NCBI GenBank assembly: GCA_000320545.1 | Contig: ADNK01003464.1 | Span: 1 to 64,000 of the forward strand | Direction: 5' to 3' | DNA length: 64,000 nt | DNA from: Bigelowiella natans CCMP2755 | Taxonomy: Eukaryota; Protista; Cercozoa | Shown here: piece after piece, positions 55,639 to 64,000 of the stretch | Numbering within the stretch: the stretch's first letter is position 1 | How the letters are laid out: each line of letters begins with the position of its first letter | Program-made: the position numbers and the translations under genes | The notes under the pieces: model-generated | Databases searched by the model: none | What the model saw: only the letters and a program-made list of their open reading frames with translations | What the model was told of the DNA's origin: nothing

Positions 55639-57267
55639 ATGTTGAACGATTGTTAACCTGAGGAAGCACGGCCAAACTTGCAACTAAAGACGCTGCAGCT
55701 TGCCCAAAAGCTATTGCACTTTGAGGAGCTGTTGTTAAGGCCCAAGTTGTCATCACCGCATAGACCGCTGCGAGACTTGCAAACCTGTCAAAGTAGTTTA
55801 CCATCATAGTTATGTCTTTTTGTTGTTCTTGGTGCGCAGCAGAACTATTTATTATTAATCTGTTTCCATTATTTTGAACCAGCAATGGTTAAATGCCTGA
55901 CTGTGTTGTGAAAAGCTGGTTTTTCCGAATCGAAACAAGCCCGACCAAAACCGCAGCCTGTCCTGTAATAATTACAGTCTCGATGTACTGGGACAACGGA
56001 AATCCTATGGTCAAGTAAATCACGAAGAAGAGAGAACGTTGTCAATGCAACCATAGTAGTAGGAAAATGATAATATTACAACAGCAAAAAAAGGGTCTTC
56101 ATACGGAGGGGGTTATTACCTTTGGTGAAGCAGTAAACATTGGATGCTGTATATGCAGCCAATTTTAACCACCAGGTAGCCAGAGTCAAGCCTTTCGCCA
56201 CATTCTCTCCCTGTGGAGAATCGTTATGAAATGATAAGATCGGGTAATGAGAGTTAACAAAATGTTGGGTGCCCTTGTCTGCCCCTCCAACCTCTCTTCC
56301 ACTCCCCTCATTTGCAGGAGATTCGAAAATTCATGAATTCCAGCAAAAGAGTGATAGAGTGAATTAGAGAGTACATCACCACCTTGCCAGACACTAGACT
56401 GAGAATAATTGGGGTATAAAGAAGCAGCGATCCTGCGCCGACTACATAGCCCAGGGCTCGTGCTAATAGCGTGAGATCGATTTGAGAGACGATGTTGCTT
56501 AGCATCACCGTTGTAGTGTCGAGACCACCAAAACCACTACTTCTTACGCAAGTTGATGATAATAGTTTCTGCTGTCCTCCATAAAGACTAAAACCATATC
56601 TTTGTCTGACGATACTACGTTGTTGTCTTCGTTGAGTTCTTCGTCTGCTGGTTCTCTGCTGCAACAGCAAGCCCCGATGGGCGAACAACGAAGAAGAATA
56701 TGAACAAGAATAATAATAAGAATCATGGCAGACTGGACTAACACAGCTTCCCCACGAAGATGATGAGAGAGAAGAAGATCTGTGCTGGTGGATACTGCTG
56801 CTTGTGGTGGTGGTGGCGGAGGTGGTTGCACCGCGCTTGAAAGTAGTTGAATGCGTATCGGCAGCAGCAAAGCCTTCTTCACCACTAGTTAGTAGCCCTT
56901 GGGGATCTGTAGGAGAGGGGTGTTTCTGGTGGCAGATAGAATTCTGGAAACATTGCCTTCCAGTACAAATACGCTCATCTGGAGTGTATGGAGCAGCTAC
57001 TCGAACCGATGAGAAAGAAGAAGGGAAGGCGACACATCGCGACGATGAAGATAGGTGGCTGCTGAAGGGCGACGACGCTATGCTGAGTCCGCCATTCAAA
57101 GCTAGAGGAGATGCTACTGACAGGCTCATTGCTGTCGCTGCAGCCATAGACGTTAGCTGGGTATGGACTTTGGTAAGTGCTAGAGTGGGGTATAAAAGTG
57201 TACGAGCGGGGAGAGGGGGGGTTCGCAAGTGTCTATGTTTATGGTTGATGTTTTCGGGATGTTTCAT
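54734..57267 (-). CDS. PQ-loop membrane protein, MPDU1/Lec35-like, with long Ser-rich N-terminal extension (possible plastid leader); multi-exon
   Basis: LGYVVGAGSLLLYTPIILSL, GLTLATWWLKL, FPLSQYIE, SLAVLPQ/LKQNFLRKDPGGYSPITAALSCGGCLIRLFTTSQ/LAGGDFLLLINY..NGGLLLQIL/YYG; start Met at 57267 or 57147. Confidence 0.85.
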
Positions 57268-57602
57268 TGTCTAACATTTAATTTGTAATTTAAATTATTA
57301 TTAAGATGTTCTCAGCACATATTTCTTCCTAAATAGTTCGCATGAGAACTTCAGACAAGCGCTTTTTCCAAACTCCACATCTTTGCACGTACCCCCCCCT
57401 TTCCTTAAGGGAGAAAAAATAAAAGCTCTAGAATCCACCTTCAAGCTTAAGGAAAACTTTCCATATTTTATCATATACTATATCGGGCACCCATTAGTTA
57501 AACTGAAAACCTACTCCGACACGTTGTGGCGGCCCAGCTTCACATTCAACTTCTGCTCTCTCCCTTCTTGTTAAAGAGCAAAAGCTGCCGCAAGCAATCA
57601 CC

Positions 57603-58856
57603 ATGAAGCATTTGTTGTTATTTGCAGTGGCTTTGTGTCCTCCCTTCGTCGTTACTACTACTCCAGCGAAAACTCCTCCTCCTGGGAGGAAACCGGCGGC
57701 AGCACCGGCCGACACAACAGCGATGAGCTCTCACTCGACTCCAGATGCATTCAATGCAAGTTACAGCAGCAACAATTACAAATACCAAATGGATCGATAT
57801 CGAAATGGGAATGAGGTACCAGTACCGATCATCATCGACACGGATATGTCAATCGACTGCGACGATGTGGGAGCTTTGTGCATTGCCCATGCTTTGATGG
57901 ACTTGGGAAAGGCGAAGATATTGGCAGTAGTTCATGATGTAGGCATTCCAGATGGAATCGGCGCTGTTTCTGTCATCAATCACTACTATGGTCGCGACGA
58001 TATTCCTCTTGGTGCTTTTAAAGGAAATTTTGGAAGAGTATACCCCCATCATTATGTAAAAAATCTTGTTAAGAACTTCCCATCACCAATCAAGAACTAT
58101 TCTCAAGTACCCGAAGCTGTCACAACTTATAGAACAGTATTGTCGCAAGTTGATGATTTATCGGTGACTATAGCTTCCATTGGTGACCTCACAAATCTAG
58201 AAAATCTCCTCAAGTCAAAGGCAGATGACATATCCCCCCTCTCCGGAGTCGAGTTGGTTAGCAAAACGGTAAAGAGAATAGTGATTATGGGCGGCAAGTA
58301 CCCTAGCTCTTACACTTGGCCATTGCCAGAATGGAATTTTGGAGGGGTTGGTTTAGCAAAATGTGATGATAGTGGTTATAAGTGCCCCTCAGCGAGCGCA
58401 AATTACACCATTGGCCACATACCTGACACGGTGGAGTTAATATTCACAGGCTATGAGGTCGGCAAACGGATAACTTCTGGTGCTAAAATGTCCACATGCT
58501 TAGCAGAGAGCAATCCCTGCAGACAAGCATACATTGACCGCGAAGGCTTCAATAACTCTCGATTTTCCTGGGACCCGAGTGCGATTCTTGATGCAGTTTT
58601 GGGGATTCCGGAGGATCTATATCAACTAGTTGGACATGGCGGCCGAAATGAAATTGACATCAAAACCGGTAACAACCAATGGATTAACAGTTCTACAGAG
58701 CCTGGAGGTGTAGTAGCAGCAGTGAAGATAAAGACTCCAAATGAACGATATCTTTACCTTAAGAACCAAGCCGCTGGCGAGTCGATCGGTGAAATGATCG
58801 ATGAGCTGCTTTGTAAGCCACGAAACTCAACACATCTAGGTACTTCAGAAGTCTAG
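57603..58856 (+). CDS. Secreted inosine/uridine-preferring nucleoside hydrolase family protein; intronless
   Basis: 417-aa ORF; signal peptide MKHLLLFAVALCPPFVVT; IIIDTDMSIDCDDVGAL, VTIASIGDLTNL..LL, IVIMGG, EWNF, SWDPSAILDAV. Confidence 0.92.
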   Translation: MKHLLLFAVALCPPFVVTTTPAKTPPPGRKPAAAPADTTAMSSHSTPDAFNASYSSNNYKYQMDRYRNGNEVPVPIIIDTDMSIDCDDVGALCIAHALMDLGKAKILAVVHDVGIPDGIGAVSVINHYYGRDDIPLGAFKGNFGRVYPHHYVKNLVKNFPSPIKNYSQVPEAVTTYRTVLSQVDDLSVTIASIGDLTNLENLLKSKADDISPLSGVELVSKTVKRIVIMGGKYPSSYTWPLPEWNFGGVGLAKCDDSGYKCPSASANYTIGHIPDTVELIFTGYEVGKRITSGAKMSTCLAESNPCRQAYIDREGFNNSRFSWDPSAILDAVLGIPEDLYQLVGHGGRNEIDIKTGNNQWINSSTEPGGVVAAVKIKTPNERYLYLKNQAAGESIGEMIDELLCKPRNSTHLGTSEV

Positions 58857-58859
58857 TAG

Positions 58860-59760
58860 ATGATGATGCGTCAGTTGGTTGGGATGACCATTGTGGCATT
58901 GTGAAAGGTTTGATCACACCACTCGAGCATTCATCACATTCGTCGTCTTCCAATCACAGCTTGCTAGCTTGTATGTCTGGACGTGCACATGCGAAATCGT
59001 GTGCATGCGCTCGCAAATCATCATCAAATTGCACAGTTGGAGGTTCGAAAGTCAAGAGAAACAGTTCCAAGTGAAATTGCAATTTCATTTTGCAACATCT
59101 AGACATTGCTAAATTGCGCTGCTTGAATGTGTGAGCATGAGTGTGACAAAGTGCAAGTGCAGCGCATGCGAGCTAGCAAGCTGCGAGATGCGCGGCGCTG
59201 ATGTTGCAATGATGTCAGAGCAATTTGAATTCTGCTGTGTTTCTTTTGCACATTGTTCTGATGTTGCATGCGCGCGTGCAAGTTGCGCATTCGCGAAGTT
59301 CTTTAAACCTCCCAGAAGGTTCCCGAAGATTCGCGAACCTTCCAAGAAGTTCGCAGATCGAACTTCTGCGCATGCATGCGCTAAGTTGCAAAGTGCAGGC
59401 GGCCCTTGCATGAGCGACCACGCCACGTGAGCATGAAACACATCGCAGCACAGTGGAGACCAACGTACAGATTCAACACGTCACCAGCGGTGTAGCCGCT
59501 CTAGCGCTGCATTGCACAGCTACATGAGGATGTCCATTGCTAGATTGAACAAATTTGATTGATTCATCACATCCGTCTTGCAAGCTAGCAAGCAAAAGTG
59601 CCGTCAAGCATCGCACCATGGCACCTGTTGCACGTTCATGCATGGCCAGATTCAGATGTTGCATGCAAATGAGCTGCGCGCGTCATTCGCTATAGTCGTT
59701 TTCTTTCAGCAGTGCAAGCGCACACAGCAATCGAATCTACTCGAAATGCCACCATCAACG
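58860..59760. other. TpA-depleted intergenic island 5
   Basis: Starts directly after the hydrolase stop codon; survivors largely CTAG (58964, 59099, 59173, 59501, 59540, 59585); fades towards the ankyrin gene 3' end. Confidence 0.85.
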
Positions 59761-60122
59761 TCGTTTCATTAATGCATCGGCGGATATACGGATGCCAATA
59801 CCCCTTGATCGAGTGCAACGTGGATGGACGTATATGGACTATATAGTCCCTATATGGAACTGTGTGTGTTGGCAAGGCGGCAATCTGCTACAAGCTGGGC
59901 TTGTTGTGCGTGCGTGCATGAATGTGAAATACGGTGTAGAGGAGATCATCAGTTGTTCCAATGATCAACGTCCATTTGAACATCAACGACAATGGAGAAT
60001 GTGCATGAGTGAAAGCTTTAGCATTTTCTCACAACGATAGAGAAGGATGGTTTTCAACCTAGTATCCATGGGTGTGATGTTTCATGCTTGCACAGTTGAT
60101 TGGCAACACAAAAATGTCAAGA

Positions 60123-61090
60123 TTAGTCTGAATATTCTTCACTGTCATCGACCAGTTCGTAGACTTTATCGTACACCATTTTGGCAAATTCATGCTTTGC
60201 TCCGGCAGCAATAGATAGAGCTGTTTTTGGGAAGTGGCCAACGCAAGATGTCTGATGAATAGGTAACTTATAATAAGAATGTGAAACATAGGCGCAGCTG
60301 GGTACCTTAGTTTGAAGGTTGACGTCTGCTTTTTGTTCTAAGAGATATAAGCTTATACTTGGATATCCATATTCACAAGCATACATTAATGCTGTCCAGC
60401 CATTCTAAGAAAAGAACAAAGTAAGCACATATGTAACGTATTTCACACGTTGGATTGCAGACGACCTTGGCTTGAATATCTATATTTGCCTTGGCTTCAT
60501 GTAATATTTTCACACATTCTCCTCTGTTTGCAGCTGAGGCACACATAAGGGCCGACCTACCAATCTAATGTGAAGGTAACGGTCTTCAGATGTACAGCAA
60601 TGACACAATTAGAAATGCATATTGTCAATACATTGTTCACGGTGTTTATGTTGCCCTTCGCCTTAAGAAGCTCTAAGAGACATTCCTTGTGGCCAGATGT
60701 AGCTGCTAGCATCACGCAATCTGCCCCGCTCTATAGAATTCATAACGTTAGTGGGGATAGTAGGAGCAAAAATAGAGCTGCAGAACCTTATCAATGAGAT
60801 TGATATCCGACTTTTCCTCCAGGAGTGACTTATATGTTTCGATTTTACCGTATATTGAGGCTTTCATAATCGCGCTTAGTCCATCCTTTCAAAGTATTTT
60901 TCTAAATCACAACGTTCGGCAACGGTGGATGCAAAACAGGTCGCACCTTATCCTGCCAGTTGACATCTGCGCCTTCTCGGAGCCATTTAAAAAGTAGCTT
61001 CATATCCCCATCTGCTGCAGCTGCAATTAAGTCTCTTGCAAGATCATGCACAGTTCGGATGCTCGACGTAAGCAGCTCCCTTAATTTCAT
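60123..61090 (-). CDS. Ankyrin-repeat protein (about 5-6 repeats), short introns; in-frame upstream Met at 61201 possible
   Basis: LIAAAADGD..EGADVNWQDK/DGLSAIMKASIYG..DINLIDK/..MLAATSGHKECL/GRSALMCASAANRGECVKIL..ANIDIQAK/NGWTALMYACEYGY..KADVNLQTK. Confidence 0.92.
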
Positions 61091-61449
61091 AATGATGACG
61101 AAACACCTTCTATTAGAATCAAACTTTCCTTTCCATTTGAAAGGAATAGACCTGTCATTCAGCTTTCTACCTCCCTCGCCTTTCTTGCCCCAATGGTTCA
61201 TCCTTGAGTGGTGGCAGCTGTGCGAACGAGTGATGTATGGAGAAGTCGGTTTCTACAGTAGTTTCCGGAAACGATTAGATTTGTAGTAGTAGTAGATCTA
61301 GTGGGTTAAAAATGAACGCATGAAAACCAAAGTGCTAATCGGCGGTTCAATTGCTTTCCGAAAGAAAATGAGAAAATGGGAAGAACAAAATATCACACAT
61401 TCTCGTTGATTCGTGGATATTGTTTGCATTCAAAATAATCATAAATCGG

Positions 61450-63300
61450 ATGTGAGGAACAACAATGTTGCCAACAATCTTTGGAACAACTTTTTAGGGG
61501 ATCACATCCAACTGCAAGACCGAACCTGAGTTCAGCATCGTGGTCCAGAGCCAGATTGTGACAAGTCCTTGCAACGAGTGTTGTTGAGGCTCTGCTGCAT
61601 GCAAACGCCTGTCTCCCATGTGGTTCTGGCGCATGTTCATTGTGTTCTGTTCCGCCTGTCTCCCATGTGATTTGCAACCCATCCAAGGTCTTTTGGAGTC
61701 AGCATGTCCACAACGTGACGTGCAATCTTTCGATCTTGATGCTGGTTGAGTTCCCTTGCATTGTCCGAATTTGACAACAAGTTCTTACTAGGAACGGAGG
61801 AGTGGCTACAATGCCATTCTTGATTCCTTTTGGTTTCACTAGATGGTCCTCACTGAAGTTAGTTCGAGGCACTGCGTTTCGCACACTGCAAGTGTCTTGT
61901 CACATTTTGGAAATGTGGTTCTTCATCATTGTTCATTGTTCTTCTGTGGAGTTTCTTTTGTGTGTGACGTGTGTCCATGTTGGACGATGTTGCACGCAAA
62001 AATCTCTTGTTCTTCAAAGATCTGAATTGCACTTCCATTGGCCATTTGTCCAATTGCTTTCCTTTTTTTGATTTGAACATTCTCACTTGTCACTTTGGGT
62101 GAGAACAAGTTTGCAGTGTTTCAATGATGCTCTGCTGTGGATTTTTGCCATGTCACTTTTGACAAAGATTGTTTCACTCACAAAACACACGTCACACGCC
62201 TGTGATTTTCCGATTTCATCACGTCATTCCACGAAATTGGTTCGGCAGTGGGTCGTCAGTGGGCAAATTGCCACGTTGCGCGTTTTGTTCGCAGTTTTTG
62301 CTGCCAATTGCAGGTGGAAGTGAAGTGTGGGGCGTGGTCCATGCGCAGCAGCGCAATGGAAAGAAAGCAGGTGATCCACATCTTCGACTAGACGATGAGC
62401 GTTGCACGCTGCGCAGCGTGCTTCGTCTGCAGTGCACAATCCTTTTGAAAGCCGGCTTGTGTGCGTGCGAATTGTGCACGCAGCGTGCACATTGTTCCAT
62501 TGCGAGCACACGTCTGGACGTGCATGCACGTCCACTTGCAAGCGCTGATCGCTTGCCAGATGAGCACAACTAGACAACACCGCAGCCACGTGTGCGCAGA
62601 ATCGGAGAAAGAGCTCCAAGCGCTGGGAGTGGGCGGGACGACGTGCACGGCTAGGTGAAGACACACCATCATTGGAAACTTCAATGTCTGTCATGGATGC
62701 AGCTGTGGAATGCACGCACATTGATCTAGTGACACGTGCTGCACACGAGCTCAATTGGTGAACAAGGCCATGAGAGGGCACACGCATTGCTGGTTTGGAG
62801 AGTTCAATGTCTGCAATGTCCAAAGCTGAGAAGAAGAAAGTGCCAGAGTGGGGAGACACGATGTGGGAGGCAAAAAGAAGTGGAAGAAGAAGAAGAAGAA
62901 GAAGAAGAAGAAGAAGAATGAAGAAGAAGAAACCTGCGAAATGATCTGTGAAAGTTGAAAGGAACTTTGCAGAGGAACAAGGGAGTGCACTTGCGCAGGT
63001 CTGCCAGCTGGCCAGGCTGGACTGGTTGAGTGAAATCGTCTAGTCGTTTCGACTGCGCAAGGGATTGATTGATTGATCACTTCATTGATTCTTCTTTGTT
63101 TCGACATTCTGACAAGATATGCACAACCCGCTGCTAGCTAGCTAGTGTGCTCCATTGCTGGACACAGAGACCGGGAAAGCGGAGCAGTGAAGTCGATGCA
63201 CCCGAGCAGGCTAGCAGGGTGCAAAACCAATTCACGGGAAAAAAAAAGGCCTGAACATTGAACGTTGAATTTCTCACCGTCTTTGTCACTGCAAACAAAG
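61450..63300. other. TpA-depleted intergenic island 6
   Basis: TpA nearly restricted to CTAG (61788, 61839, 62388, 62570, 62651, 62727, 63040, 63134-63145, 63211). Confidence 0.88.
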
Positions 63301-64000
63301 AATAACAGTGCCGAGAAGGAACCTACGGTTATACTCGCGCGACAAGGGTTTCGCACCTCGCATGTCGATGAAAAGCAGTCAAAATGTGGATCATGGTGCA
63401 TCTCCGTTGTCGGCATTTGATTGTTGGCACAAAGGTTCTCACAACAAATCTGAAATGATGGAGATTAAATGAACTCTATAATTATAGAGATTCCAAAATC
63501 ACAGTGCTTTTCTGAAATGATGAGTCACAGAATCGTGATTATCGTGTCATTTTCAAAATTTCGACTGCTTTCTTGCGCAATAAATTTGAGACACAAATAC
63601 GATGATGGTGCCAGTTGGACAATTAAAAGCAGCCATCGCTAAAGAATGACAATAGCAGCTAGATTCATCTAGGTGAGAAGAGGATGTTGCAGGAAAATAG
63701 CGACATCATGAGAATAAATTCAAATATTGGTAGGTGTATATTAAACAGAAAATGGAAAAAGAAAGGTATGTGCTGTTCCAGTAAACAGAAACAACATTCA
63801 AATTGATCGTTGCAACAAAAATTCTTAGGGCACCGAGACTAATGATCGCGGGGGATGATGATGATGAGGAACCCCATGGAAGAAGGTAACATGCATGTCC
63901 GAACAAACAAATGTATGCAGATTGTTTCCACTAATATGACATTCAACAAAAATTTCAGAGCAAGCAGTATCATGACCGTGACGGGCAGTCCACCTGCGCA

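Noticed and set aside
1259-61090. Alternative genetic code or stop-codon reassignment
   Set aside because: Exons translate cleanly in the standard code, and genes end in TAA, TAG and TGA.
62404-62421. 18-nt perfect palindrome gcacgctgcgcagcgtgc
   Set aside because: Short, and within TG/CA/GC-biased sequence where such symmetry is favoured; no supporting context.
250-63300. Islands explained by ordinary methyl-CpG decay or classical RIP
   Set aside because: CpG decay would remove CG but not TA, yet CG is plentiful in the islands and TA is missing. RIP creates TpA. Repeat copies and telomere variants retain TA as the apparent ancestral state.
63300-64000. Possible gene fragment at the window end (TpA content returns)
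   Set aside because: No convincing frame or motif could be assembled; needs the adjoining sequence.

Overview
Left end of a eukaryotic chromosome. It begins with a (CCCTAA)n telomere and carries ten protein genes, nine intron-rich and one intronless: a plastid-type co-chaperonin with three GroES domains, a BAR-domain protein, EML/HELP-WD40 with a SAM domain, ChaC, a very long myotubularin, an EF-hand protein, pyruvate dehydrogenase kinase, an MPDU1-like PQ-loop protein, an intronless secreted nucleoside hydrolase and an ankyrin-repeat protein. Bipartite-looking plastid leaders, TTAGGG telomeres and microsatellite-laden introns suggest a secondary-plastid alga, probably a chlorarachniophyte (inference only). 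The most striking signal is not a gene. Intergenic islands outside promoters are almost free of the dinucleotide TpA and full of TG/CA, while genes, introns and promoters are TpA-rich, and surviving TpA is mostly in CTAG. Diverged repeat copies differ only by TA/TG/CA swaps, fossil ORFs lack Tyr, and the degenerate telomere repeats show the same changes. This points to a targeted TpA->TpG/CpA (A:T->G:C) hypermutation process, the mirror image of fungal RIP. Exon structures were read by eye, and most gene starts are approximate.
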